64,000 bases of DNA from an uncultured Hyphomonas sp. (GTDB lineage Bacteria; Pseudomonadota; Alphaproteobacteria; Caulobacterales; Hyphomonadaceae). The notes under the pieces are model-generated. The model did not search any database, was not told the DNA's origin, and saw nothing but the letters and a program-made list of their open reading frames with translations. Shown here piece by piece: positions 19,848 to 29,336 of this stretch. A program made the translations under genes and the position numbers. Where the stretch lies: positions 702,227 to 766,226 of the forward strand of contig NZ_CAXXRR010000002.1 of NCBI RefSeq assembly GCF_963678875.2, given 5' to 3'. Position 1 is the first letter of the stretch. Each line of letters opens with the position of its first letter.

Positions 19848-20522
19848 TCAGGCCTGGCGTTTTCCGGAGAGCCCGTGGAGGAACATGCAGACCGCCCGGT
19901 CGACACTCGCCCGGACGTCGTCTTCGGTCGGGCGGACGCTGGAGTCCAGAAGTGCCCGGCTCTGCAGGGGCGAGCGGACCATGTCGAGGAACAGCGAGCC
20001 CAATGTCTCGAATTGGTCCGATTGCGGGATCTCTCCCGCTTCGGCCCGGTCCTGCAGGTAAGCTGCGAGTCCGGCGCGGACCTTGTTCGGGCCGAGTTTC
20101 ATGAACGTGTCTGCGATGCTGGGATACTTCTTCGCCATGCCGACGATCAGGCGGTATAGCTCCAGAGAATTGGGCTCGACCAGCTTGCCGGCAAACTGCT
20201 CCCCGATGCGGCGCAGGCCTTCCTCGACCGGCGTGTGCGCCTGCAATTCGACTTCGAGCGTGGCCGTCACTTCCTTCATGCGGGTTTCCAGCATGGCGAG
20301 GAAGATGCCTTCCTTGTCGCCGAACTGGGAATAGAGTGTCGCCAGAGATCCGCCGGCACGCCGGACGATCTCCGACATGTTCGCCGCCTCAAAGCCTTGT
20401 TCCAGAAAGACTTCCTGGGCCGCTTCAAGAAAAGCGGCGCGCCGGAATTCAGCGCGCGATGCCCCTTCGGGCGCCTTGATGGCGGCCGCGGGCGAAGCCT
20501 TGGTCTTGTTTGTACCGTTCAT
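19848..20522 (-). CDS. TetR family transcriptional regulator
   Basis: AAQEVFLEQGFEAANMSEIVRRAGGSLATLYSQFGDKEGIF HTH, divergent from an efflux pair. Confidence 0.93.
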   Translation of the reverse strand: MNGTNKTKASPAAAIKAPEGASRAEFRRAAFLEAAQEVFLEQGFEAANMSEIVRRAGGSLATLYSQFGDKEGIFLAMLETRMKEVTATLEVELQAHTPVEEGLRRIGEQFAGKLVEPNSLELYRLIVGMAKKYPSIADTFMKLGPNKVRAGLAAYLQDRAEAGEIPQSDQFETLGSLFLDMVRSPLQSRALLDSSVRPTEDDVRASVDRAVCMFLHGLSGKRQA

Positions 20523-20535
20523 GGGTTGATTTTGG

Positions 20536-20577
20536 TGTAATCCGGATTACATTGCAAGCGATGTAACCAGAATTACA
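20536..20577. promoter_or_regulatory. Tandem TetR operators
   Basis: Perfect 16-bp palindrome TGTAATCCGGATTACA (20536-20551) and degenerate copy TGTAACCAGAATTACA (20562-20577), flanking a TTGCAA -35-like hexamer. Confidence 0.8.
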
Positions 20578-20629
20578 CATTTTGGATCTACCACCGGGAT
20601 CCAGAATTCATATCCGCGGAAATCCTCCC

Positions 20630-21940
20630 ATGGCCGTACAACCGTTCAAGCGTGACACCTCCCAGCCCGCTGCCGTTCCTCCTGCGGCGCAGGCTCCCAA
20701 CCAGGCCGATGCCCCTGTGCCCAGGACGCCGGGCCAGGCCCCTGAGAACGATGCCCCCGTTCAACCGGACCCGGCGCCGAAAGGACCGCAAGGGCAGGGC
20801 CTGGTTGCAGGGTTCAAGGCAGACCCCCGGAAATACATCCTTTCCGGCGCGGGCCTGCTGCTGGCGCTCTTCGTTGGCTATCAGGGTGTTCACTGGCTCG
20901 TTGCGGGCCGGTACGAGATCGCCACCGACAATGCCTATATCCGTGCGGACATCGCGACGATCTCCCCGAAAGTGCAGGGCTATGTCGAGCAGGTGCATGT
21001 CACGGACAACCAGGCCGTGAAAGCTGGGGACCTTCTGGTGACACTGGAAGTGGCGGACTATGCGACCCGCGTGTCGGAAGCGGCCGCGTCGCTCCAGCAG
21101 GCCGTCGCTGCGCAGGCCCAGGCTCGCGCCGGTGTTGCTGCGGCTGAGGCAAACCTGCAGACTGCCGCCGCCCAGATCGCAGCCCAACGGGACCGTCTGG
21201 CGCAGTCGAAGGCAAGCGCCGCCGCCGCCGAAGCCGACGCAACGCTCGCCGCCAATGATCTTGTGCGTTACACGGAGCTTTCGGAAAAAGGACATTATCC
21301 GAAGGCAAGCCTTGATGCGGTCGCCACGAAGGCACAGGCCGCCCGCGCAGGGCTGGACCAGTCGAAAGCCGGTATCACCACCGCGCAGAGCGAACTGAGC
21401 GTCTCGCAGGCAAATTACCACCGCGCCGAAGAAGACCTTGAATCCGCCAAGGCAGCCGTTGCCGGAGCCGATGCCCAGGTCGAAGCGGCGCAGGCCCGCG
21501 TCGATGCTGCCAAGCTGGATGCAACGCGGACGGAACTGCGCGCGCCCTTCGATGGGGTCGTGGCCAACCGCGTCGTCGCTGCAGGCCAGCTGCTGAACCC
21601 CGGCCAGCAGACCATGTCGATCGTGCCGGTATCCGAGGCCTATATCGTTGCGAACTTCAAGGAGACGCAGGTTGAGCGCATGCGCGCCGGCCAGGAAGTC
21701 GACATCCATGTCGATGCGTATCCGGACATGAAAGTGACCGGCACGCTGGACTCCATCGCGCCTGCAACCGGCGGCCAGTTCAGCCTGATCCCGATGGATA
21801 CGGCGACCGGCAACTTCACGAAGATTGTCCAGCGCGTGCCCGTGCGTGTGAAGATCTCGGATGACGCACTGGCCAGCGGCCTGATGCGGCCCGGCTTGTC
21901 GGTCGAGGCAACCGTGATCGCGAAAGGGGTGGACGGCTAA
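20630..21940 (+). CDS. HlyD/EmrA family efflux membrane fusion protein
   Basis: TDNAYIRAD, ISPKVQGYV, long alpha hairpin, ANFKETQ and NATGNFTK-like ATGNFTKIVQRVPV. Confidence 0.93.
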   Translation: MAVQPFKRDTSQPAAVPPAAQAPNQADAPVPRTPGQAPENDAPVQPDPAPKGPQGQGLVAGFKADPRKYILSGAGLLLALFVGYQGVHWLVAGRYEIATDNAYIRADIATISPKVQGYVEQVHVTDNQAVKAGDLLVTLEVADYATRVSEAAASLQQAVAAQAQARAGVAAAEANLQTAAAQIAAQRDRLAQSKASAAAAEADATLAANDLVRYTELSEKGHYPKASLDAVATKAQAARAGLDQSKAGITTAQSELSVSQANYHRAEEDLESAKAAVAGADAQVEAAQARVDAAKLDATRTELRAPFDGVVANRVVAAGQLLNPGQQTMSIVPVSEAYIVANFKETQVERMRAGQEVDIHVDAYPDMKVTGTLDSIAPATGGQFSLIPMDTATGNFTKIVQRVPVRVKISDDALASGLMRPGLSVEATVIAKGVDG

Positions 21941-21967
21941 GCCGCCCTGAAAACGGCGAGATCGGCC

Positions 21968-23527
21968 ATGGTCAACGCAATCCGTCAGAAGGCATCGTCA
22001 GAACTCGCCCTCAACATCGGCTTCTTTGCCATGGTGATCGGCATGTTCATGGCGATCCTGGATATCCAGATCGTTGCGAGCTCGATCCGCCAGATCCAGG
22101 CCGGCGTGTCTGCCAGCCAGGAAGAGATTGCGTGGATCCAGACCGGCTACCTCGTGGCCGAAGTCGTCGGTATCCCGCTGTCGGGCTTTCTCAACCGGGT
22201 CTTCGGTATACGGAAGCTGTTCATCATGTCGGCGGCGGGCTTCGTCGCCTCCAGCATCCTGTGCGCCATTTCATGGGACCTCGACTCCCTCATCTTCTTC
22301 CGCATCATCCAGGGCTTCGCCGGTGCGGCCATGGTGCCGACCACGATGGCGGCCAGCTTCACGCTGTTCCCGGTCGGCCGTTCCATGACCCAGCAGGTGA
22401 TGATCGGCATGGTGGCAACGCTCGCGCCTTCCATCGGCCCGACGCTTGGCGGCTGGATCACCCAGCACATGTCGTGGCACTGGCTGTTCCTCATCAACAT
22501 CGTGCCGGGCATTGCCGCGATCACGCTCGTCTTCCTGTTCATTCCCAAGCAGAAAGGGGAGATCGCGCTCCTGCGCCGGCTGGACGTGACGGCGCTGATC
22601 TCGATGGCGCTGTTCCTCGGCCTGTTCGAATGGATCATCGACGAAGGCCCGGGCGACAGCTGGTTCCAGAGCTCGGCGATCGTCAAGGCCTCCATTGTGT
22701 GCGCCATCGCTGCCGCGATCTTCTTCCGCCGTGCTCTGACATCCCCTGTGCCGCTGGTGGACCTGCGCGTGTTCAAGGATCGCAACTTTGCTTCCGGTGC
22801 GATCATTGCCTCTGTCATGGGGTTCGGCCTCTATGGGTCTGTCTTCCTGTTGCCGCTCTATCTGGGGCAGGTGCGCGGCTTTTCCTCGCTGCAGATCGGT
22901 GAGGTCATGAGCGTCGCGGGCTTCGCCATGTTCGTTGGCGGGCCGATCGCGGGGGCCATGACCAAGCGCTACGATCCGCGTTTCGTGGTGGCCACGGGCC
23001 TGACACTGGCGGCCATCGGCACATGGCTGAACGGGCATCTGACGGCAGAATCCGGTTTCCATGAATTGTTCTGGCCTCAGGCCCTGCGCGGTGCGGGCCT
23101 GATCCTCACCATGGTGCCGACCACGAACCTCGCGCTCGGCACGTTGCCGCCGGAGCGGGTGGCGAACGCGTCGGGCCTCTTCACGGTTTGCCGGAACCTT
23201 GGCGGCGCCATCGGCATCGCGGTCCTGACGACCATGATGATCAGCTTCAACCAGATGCACGAACAGCAGATCGCCAGCGGTCTGTCACTGGCGCGGCCGG
23301 AGGTACAATCCTTCCTGTCGAACATGACCGCCCAGATGCAGGCGGCTGGCGTATCGGACCCGGAAGGCACGGCGTTGGCGCAGCTGATCTACCGGACCAA
23401 AATGGAAGCGGCAGTGATGACCTACAACAACATGTTCCTGACCATGTCGATGTCGTTTGCGCTGGTGCTGCTGGCCGTCATGCTGTTGGACAAGCCGAAA
23501 GGCCCGGCGCCCGCAGCGGCGCACTAG
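21968..23527 (+). CDS. DHA2 family MFS efflux permease (EmrB/QacA-like)
   Basis: FMAILDIQIVASS, WIQTGYL, RIIQGFAG and APSIGPTLGGWI; about 14 TM. Confidence 0.93.
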   Translation: MVNAIRQKASSELALNIGFFAMVIGMFMAILDIQIVASSIRQIQAGVSASQEEIAWIQTGYLVAEVVGIPLSGFLNRVFGIRKLFIMSAAGFVASSILCAISWDLDSLIFFRIIQGFAGAAMVPTTMAASFTLFPVGRSMTQQVMIGMVATLAPSIGPTLGGWITQHMSWHWLFLINIVPGIAAITLVFLFIPKQKGEIALLRRLDVTALISMALFLGLFEWIIDEGPGDSWFQSSAIVKASIVCAIAAAIFFRRALTSPVPLVDLRVFKDRNFASGAIIASVMGFGLYGSVFLLPLYLGQVRGFSSLQIGEVMSVAGFAMFVGGPIAGAMTKRYDPRFVVATGLTLAAIGTWLNGHLTAESGFHELFWPQALRGAGLILTMVPTTNLALGTLPPERVANASGLFTVCRNLGGAIGIAVLTTMMISFNQMHEQQIASGLSLARPEVQSFLSNMTAQMQAAGVSDPEGTALAQLIYRTKMEAAVMTYNNMFLTMSMSFALVLLAVMLLDKPKGPAPAAAH

Positions 23528-24507
23528 CCCCAGAGGTCTGCCGAGGGCGGAGCGACCATGCCGTCCGAATAGGCCAGGCCATGGGCGACATCCTCAGCGA
23601 GCCAGAGCGGGCCGTCGACATCCGCAACATCGGCAAGACCTGCGAGCAAAACGGCCGGGGCCATGGAGACCGACCCGGCCACCATGCAGCCGACCATGAT
23701 GCCGAGCCCGAGCGTTCGGGCCTCCCGCACTGTGGCGAGCGCTTCGGTCAGGCCGCCCGTCTTGTCGAGCTTCACGTTCACCGCGTCATAGCGCCGGGCG
23801 AGGTCCTGCAGCTCGGCGCGGGTGTGGGCGCTCTCGTCGGCGCAGATGGCGACGGGGCCGGGGCGGCTCAGCAGGGCATCGTCATCCCCGGCGGGGAAGG
23901 GCTGTTCGATCAGCACGACGCCGAGCGCCGCGGCGGCCTTGGCGATGGCGGGCAGTTCGTTGGCGTTGAGGCCCTCATTGGCATCGACGATCAGGCGCGC
24001 ATCCGGCCGGGCGGCGTGGACCGCCTCGATGCGGGCAAGATCGTCCGGCCCGCCGAGCTTCAGTTTCAGGAGGCGGCCTTGCGTTGACTTTGCGGCGGCG
24101 GCCATGGCGTCCGGCGTGTCGAGGCTGACCGTAACGGCCGTCTCGACGGGCTTCGGTTCCGGCAGGCCGGCGAGTTTCCAGACTGGCGTGCCGGTGAGCT
24201 TCGCTTCAAGGTCCCACATCGCGCAATCGACGGCGCAGCGGGCCGCGCCCGGGGGCATGAGGGATTGCAGGTCTTCGCGGGTGAGGCCGGATTCGAGGGC
24301 GGTGCGGGCGGATTCGATGGCGGCGGTGACGCTGGCGGCGGTTTCGCCATAGCGGGCATAGGGCACGCTTTCGCCGCGGCCGGTGGCGCCGTTTTCGGTC
24401 AGGGTGACGAGAATTGTCTCCGCGCTGGTCTTGGCGCCGCGGGAAATGGTAAATGCGCGCTTCAGGGGTGAGGAAATCGCTGAAATTTCAAGGTTTCGAT
24501 TGCCCAT
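23524..24507 (-). CDS. dgcA: Dipeptide epimerase / N-acetyl-D-Glu racemase (enolase superfamily)
   Basis: FTISRGAKT, GRGESVPYARYGE, LKLK, VDANEG, IEQP, ADES, KLDKTGG and DVDGPLWL. Confidence 0.85.
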   Translation of the reverse strand: MGNRNLEISAISSPLKRAFTISRGAKTSAETILVTLTENGATGRGESVPYARYGETAASVTAAIESARTALESGLTREDLQSLMPPGAARCAVDCAMWDLEAKLTGTPVWKLAGLPEPKPVETAVTVSLDTPDAMAAAAKSTQGRLLKLKLGGPDDLARIEAVHAARPDARLIVDANEGLNANELPAIAKAAAALGVVLIEQPFPAGDDDALLSRPGPVAICADESAHTRAELQDLARRYDAVNVKLDKTGGLTEALATVREARTLGLGIMVGCMVAGSVSMAPAVLLAGLADVADVDGPLWLAEDVAHGLAYSDGMVAPPSADLWG

Positions 24508-24585
24508 GACCCATCCTGAACGATAAAATTTCACCGATCGCGCTTCGCTGTCCTTAAGCATGTTTTGCTAGTGTTGGAAGGCTAG

Positions 24586-25716
24586 TTGCCAGAGATGACA
24601 GTCACGACAGCCCCCGGTTTCGCGCTCGAAGAGAGCGGCGAACGTGCCATCCTCCGCCTGACGGGGGACTGGACGGTCATGACCATCCACCTGCTGGATG
24701 ATGACCTGGCCGGACTAAAGCATGACCATGCCGTGCTTGTGGATGTCTCGGGTCTGACCCGGATTGACACCGCCGGTGCCTTCCTGATCGACCGCACGCT
24801 GCGCGCCGCGCCGGAGGGCTCGGCCCTGACCGGCACCCATGATGTTGCCCGTAACCTGATCGAACAGGTGCATGCCGTGTCCGAGCCGGTGCCGCCGGCG
24901 AAGGCCCCGGACCATGGCTTCCTCGCCCTGCTGGAACGGACGGGCCGCGGCTTTGTCGGCGTCATGTCGGAAATCTTCCGGACGCTCGCCTTCCTGGGCG
25001 AGACGGTCGTGACGACGGCGCGCCTCCTGATGCAGCCCTGGAAACTGCGCTGGACGTCCATCGTCGCGGTGATGGAGGAGGCGGGCCTCGACGCGATGCC
25101 GATCATCGCGTTCCTCTCTTTCTTCGTCGGCATGGTCGTCGCCTATATCGGCGCGACGACGCTGCGCGATTTCGACCTCGAGATCTACACGGTCGAACTG
25201 ATCGGCTACTCCATGCTGCGTGAGTTCGGCGTGGTGTTGACGGGCATCGTGCTGGCGGGACGGACGAACTCGTCCTTCACCGCGCAGATCGGCACGATGA
25301 AGATGCGCCAGGAAATCGACGCGATGCAGACGCTTGGCCTGAAGCCGATGGACATCCTGGTCGCGCCGCGCATCATCGCGCTCTTGCTGATGACGCCTGC
25401 GCTGACTTTCGTCGCCACGCTCGCCGGGATTGCGGGCGGTGTCGTGGTCGGCTGGTCGTCGCTGGACATCAATCCGGCCGTTTTCCTTGACCGGCTGCGC
25501 AATGCCGTGCCGCTGGAGCATTTCTGGGTCGGCCTCTCCAAGGCACCGGTTTTCGGATTTGTCGTGACACTGATTGCCTGCCGTCAGGGCCTGAATGTCG
25601 GCGGCAGCGTCCAGTCGCTCGGCAATTCGACGACCACCTCTGTGGTGCAGGGCCTGTTCGCCGTCATCGTGCTCGATGCGATCTTTGCCATTCTCTACAT
25701 GGAGCTTGGCATATGA
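24586..25716 (+). CDS. mlaE: MlaE family ABC permease with N-terminal STAS-like domain
   Basis: RIDTAG STAS motif, LREFGVVLTGIVLAGRTNSSFTAQIGTMK and EIDAMQTLG. Confidence 0.9.
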   Translation: MPEMTVTTAPGFALEESGERAILRLTGDWTVMTIHLLDDDLAGLKHDHAVLVDVSGLTRIDTAGAFLIDRTLRAAPEGSALTGTHDVARNLIEQVHAVSEPVPPAKAPDHGFLALLERTGRGFVGVMSEIFRTLAFLGETVVTTARLLMQPWKLRWTSIVAVMEEAGLDAMPIIAFLSFFVGMVVAYIGATTLRDFDLEIYTVELIGYSMLREFGVVLTGIVLAGRTNSSFTAQIGTMKMRQEIDAMQTLGLKPMDILVAPRIIALLLMTPALTFVATLAGIAGGVVVGWSSLDINPAVFLDRLRNAVPLEHFWVGLSKAPVFGFVVTLIACRQGLNVGGSVQSLGNSTTTSVVQGLFAVIVLDAIFAILYMELGI

Positions 25717-26477
25717 CGGACGATATCATCATCCGCATCCGCGACCTGAAGACGGCCTATGGCAGCCATGTCGTGCATGAGCATCTGGACCTCGACATCC
25801 GGCGCGGCGAGATTATCGGCGTCATTGGCCCGTCGGGGTGCGGCAAGTCTGTCCTGCTGCGCGCCATCACCGGCCTCAAGGAATTTGCCGAAGGCAGTAT
25901 CGAGGTCTTCGGGGAGCGTCTGGAAAATCTCGACGAGGCAGAGCGCGCCGAGGTCGAGCAGCGCTGGGGCGTGATGTTCCAGGATGGCGCGCTGTTCTCG
26001 AACCTCACCGTGCGCGAGAATGTCGAAGTTCCGATGAAGGAGCATACGCAGCTCCAACCGGAACTGCGCCACCAGCTGGCCGACATGAAGATCCGCATGG
26101 CGGGCCTCGGCGCCGAGGCGAGCCCGAAATACCCATCCGACCTTTCCGGCGGCATGCGCAAGCGCGCGGCGCTGGCACGTGCCCTGGCGCTGGACCCGGA
26201 ACTCCTGTTCCTGGACGAGCCAACCGCCGGGCTCGATCCGATTACCGCGGAAAAATTCGATGCCCTGATCCGCAGCCTGCAACAGGCATTGGGCCTCACC
26301 GTCTTTCTTGTCACGCATGATGTGGATACGCTGCATGCGACCTGCGACCGGATCGCCGTGCTGGGAGAGAAACACGTGCTGGCAGTCGGCACGATCGAAG
26401 AATTGCGTGCGTTCGATCATCCGTGGGTGCAGGAATATTTCTGCGGCCCGCGCGGGCGCGCGGCAACGGGACACTAG
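25713..26477 (+). CDS. mlaF: MlaF-type ABC ATPase
   Basis: GPSGCGKS, FQDGALF, LSGGMRKR and LDEPTAGLDP. Confidence 0.9.
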   Translation: MTDDIIIRIRDLKTAYGSHVVHEHLDLDIRRGEIIGVIGPSGCGKSVLLRAITGLKEFAEGSIEVFGERLENLDEAERAEVEQRWGVMFQDGALFSNLTVRENVEVPMKEHTQLQPELRHQLADMKIRMAGLGAEASPKYPSDLSGGMRKRAALARALALDPELLFLDEPTAGLDPITAEKFDALIRSLQQALGLTVFLVTHDVDTLHATCDRIAVLGEKHVLAVGTIEELRAFDHPWVQEYFCGPRGRAATGH

Positions 26478-26494
26478 AAAGGGGGCCCGGACCG

Positions 26495-27454
26495 ATGGAA
26501 ACGCGAGCGAACTATGCCGTCATCGGCGCTTTCGTCATTCTTGCTACGCTGGCCGTCGCGGCCTTCGTGCTGTGGCTGGGCCAGTCCCAGTTCCAGCGCG
26601 ACTACAAGGCCTATGACATTGTCTTCGAAGGGCCGGTCTCGCTCGAAGACGGGTCGGCCGTGCGCTATATCGGGATCAAGGTGGGCGAGGTTTCGACCGT
26701 CCGCATCGACCGCGCCGACCCGTCCAAGGTGCGCGCACGTATCCGGATCGACCGCGAGACGCCGGTGAAAACGGATTCCACCGCCTCGATCCAGCTGGCG
26801 GGTATCACGGGCGTCACCTTCGTTCAGATCAGCGCAGGCTCTCCGACGGCGCGCCTGCTGGAAGCCAAGCCGGGCGAGCCCGTGCCGGTGATCAAGGCAG
26901 AGAAGACGCAGCTGGACCAGCTCGTTGCCGGCGGCGCGCAGGTGCTGGGTCAGGCCAACGACACGATGGAGCGCGTGAAAAAGCTGCTGACGGACGAGAA
27001 TATCGACTCCATCAACGCGTCGCTGAAGAATATCGAGACCATCACGACCAAACTGGCCGCCGATGACGGGCTGATCGACCAGGCGACCGGCACGATGAAA
27101 GACCTGTCGCGCGCCAGCAACGAGTTTGCAACGGCATCCGAGGCCGTCGCAGAGATCAGTACGAACGCCAATGAAGAACTGGGCGGTCTCTCCGGGCAGC
27201 TGGACAGCCTGCTGGCCGAAGTGAACAAGGTGGTCACGTCCGCCGAAACCGTGATGGCGCAGGGCGGGGAGACCGTGCGTGTGGTCAACTCGCTTCTGGA
27301 CGGTCCGGCGACGGGCGTTGTGGAAGACTCCCGGCTTGCCGCACAGGATCTCCGCATCCTGATCAGCCGCATGGACCGCCTGACCCGTGAAATCGAACGG
27401 AACCCGCAAAGCATGCTTGTCGGGGAACCGGTTCCTTATGAGGATGAACGTTGA
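26495..27454 (+). CDS. mlaD: MlaD/MCE family protein
   Basis: METRANYAVIGAFV, MCE domain (GSAVRYIGIKVGEV, GITG) and long helical tail. Confidence 0.88.
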   Translation: METRANYAVIGAFVILATLAVAAFVLWLGQSQFQRDYKAYDIVFEGPVSLEDGSAVRYIGIKVGEVSTVRIDRADPSKVRARIRIDRETPVKTDSTASIQLAGITGVTFVQISAGSPTARLLEAKPGEPVPVIKAEKTQLDQLVAGGAQVLGQANDTMERVKKLLTDENIDSINASLKNIETITTKLAADDGLIDQATGTMKDLSRASNEFATASEAVAEISTNANEELGGLSGQLDSLLAEVNKVVTSAETVMAQGGETVRVVNSLLDGPATGVVEDSRLAAQDLRILISRMDRLTREIERNPQSMLVGEPVPYEDER

Positions 27455-28059
27455 TGATCCGCGCCATTTCGCTTGCCTTTGCTTCCCTTGCGCTCACCGC
27501 CTGCGTCAGCGTCCTGCCGGAGCCTGAAGCGCCGGAAGGCCTCTACCGGTTCGGTGCGATGACAGAGACCTATCCCGTCGAGGCGGTCGTCTCTGTGCGT
27601 GAACCGGAGTCCTCGCGCCTGTTCGGCGGGCGTGTGATCGCCTCGGAAGATGCGGGCGGGGCGCTACGCCTCGTGCGCGGTGTGGAATGGGCCGACAGCG
27701 CGGCCCGGCTGATGCAGGTCGCGATGCTGGAGGCGCTGGATGATACGGGGGCAGGGGTGGCTGTCGCGCTGGAGACAGGCGCGCGGGCGGATTTTGAACT
27801 CGTCTGGCGGATCGAGGATTTCTCGCTGGCCGGCACGCAAGCCCGCTGCGACCTCGAAGCAACGCTGGTGGAGGCGAACTCGCGCAAAGTGGTCGCCCAG
27901 ACGAATGTGACGTCTTCGGCAAGCGCGGACGGTGCGTCGAACGCAGCACGCGCGCTGGCGATGGCCGAAGCGGGCCGGGCCTGCGTCGGACAGGTCGCCG
28001 GATTCGTATCCGAAAAGGCGGTTGCGGCAGAGCCGGAACCGGCTGAGCCGGACGCCTGA
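27451..28059 (+). CDS. ABC-type transport auxiliary lipoprotein (PqiC-like)
   Basis: Lipobox LTAC, EWAD motif, last gene of the Mla operon. Confidence 0.8.
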   Translation: MMIRAISLAFASLALTACVSVLPEPEAPEGLYRFGAMTETYPVEAVVSVREPESSRLFGGRVIASEDAGGALRLVRGVEWADSAARLMQVAMLEALDDTGAGVAVALETGARADFELVWRIEDFSLAGTQARCDLEATLVEANSRKVVAQTNVTSSASADGASNAARALAMAEAGRACVGQVAGFVSEKAVAAEPEPAEPDA

Positions 28060-28067
28060 GCCCAAAG

Positions 28068-28102
28068 AAAAACCCCGGCCAGACAGACTGGCCGGGGTTT
28101 TT
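28068..28102. terminator. Bidirectional intrinsic terminator
   Basis: AAAAACCCCGGCCAG-acaga-CTGGCCGGGGTTTTT between convergent genes. Confidence 0.85.
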
Positions 28103-28124
28103 GCTGTTTGGTCTGAAGGGCTTG

Positions 28125-29324
28125 TCAGCCGCTCTTCATCTCGTCGAACGGCTTGTCCTTGTCGACGCGCACATCCTGCGGCAGGCCCAGAACGCGCTCG
28201 GCGATGATGTTCTTCAGGATCTCGTCGGTACCGCCAGCGATCCGCAGGCCGGGGGCCCACATGAAGCTCTGCTGGAAGATGGCATCGGCCGGCATGCGGT
28301 CGGTCTCGCTGATGATGCCGTAGTGATCCTGCATCTCGATGGCCGAGTTGCAGATATCCTGCAGGTGGTTGGCGGTGATGATCTTGCCGATCGAGTTTTC
28401 CGGTCCCGGCGTCTGGCCGCGGGAAAGGGCCGTCTGCGTGCGGAACTTGGTCAGCTTGTAGCCCTGTGCGGCGACATACCAGTCCGCCAGCTTCTCGCGG
28501 AAGGCCTGGTCGGACAGCGTGCCCTGGCTGCGGGCATATTCCATGATCTCGCCCCAGTCCGGACCGGGGGAGCCGCCGACAGCAAGGCGCTCGTTCATCA
28601 GCGTGACGAGCGCGACTTTCCAGCCTGCGCCGACATCGCCGAGGCGATCCTTGTCCGGGATGCGGACATCGGTGAAGTAGACCTCGTTGAACTCGCGGCC
28701 ACCGGAAGCCTGGTGGATCGGACGCACTTCGACGCCCGGCTGCTTCATGTCCACGATGAACATGGTCAGGCCCTTGTGCTTCGGCACTTTCGGGTCCGTC
28801 CGCACGAGGAGGATGCCGTAGTCCGAATAGTGGGCGCCGGAGGTCCAGACCTTCTGGCCGTTGATGACCCACTCGTCACCGTCTTTCACGGCGCGGGTCT
28901 TCAGGCCGGCCACGTCAGAACCGGCGGACGGTTCGGAGAAGAGCTGGCACCAGATTTCCTCGCCCATCAGGGCCTTCTGGACGTAGCGCGACTTGTGCTC
29001 ATCCGAGCCGAAGGCGATGACGGTCGGCACGCACATGCCGAGGCCGATGGCGAACGGACCGGTCGGTGCGTCGAACTTCGACTCTTCCTGGCCCCAGATG
29101 ACGTTCTGCATGGCCGTGCCGCCACGCCCGCCCCATTCCTTGGGCCAGGTGATCTGGGCGAACTTGTTCTCGGCTTTCGTCTTCTGCCAGGCTTTCGCCT
29201 TTTCCAGCATGTTCACGCGGTCGCGCGAGGCCGGGGCGGAGCCTTTCGGCTTCAGGTGCTGTTCGAGGAAGGCGCGCGCCTCAGCGCGGAAGGCGGCTTC
29301 TTCGGGTGTATCGTTGAAGTCCAT
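28125..29324 (-). CDS. Acyl-CoA dehydrogenase (PimC/FadE-like large subunit)
   Basis: WCQLFSEPSAGSD, NGQKVWTS, FNEVYFTDV, LMNER and RIAGGTDEI. Confidence 0.9.
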   Translation of the reverse strand: MDFNDTPEEAAFRAEARAFLEQHLKPKGSAPASRDRVNMLEKAKAWQKTKAENKFAQITWPKEWGGRGGTAMQNVIWGQEESKFDAPTGPFAIGLGMCVPTVIAFGSDEHKSRYVQKALMGEEIWCQLFSEPSAGSDVAGLKTRAVKDGDEWVINGQKVWTSGAHYSDYGILLVRTDPKVPKHKGLTMFIVDMKQPGVEVRPIHQASGGREFNEVYFTDVRIPDKDRLGDVGAGWKVALVTLMNERLAVGGSPGPDWGEIMEYARSQGTLSDQAFREKLADWYVAAQGYKLTKFRTQTALSRGQTPGPENSIGKIITANHLQDICNSAIEMQDHYGIISETDRMPADAIFQQSFMWAPGLRIAGGTDEILKNIIAERVLGLPQDVRVDKDKPFDEMKSG

Positions 29325-29336
29325 GATGTTTCCTCC

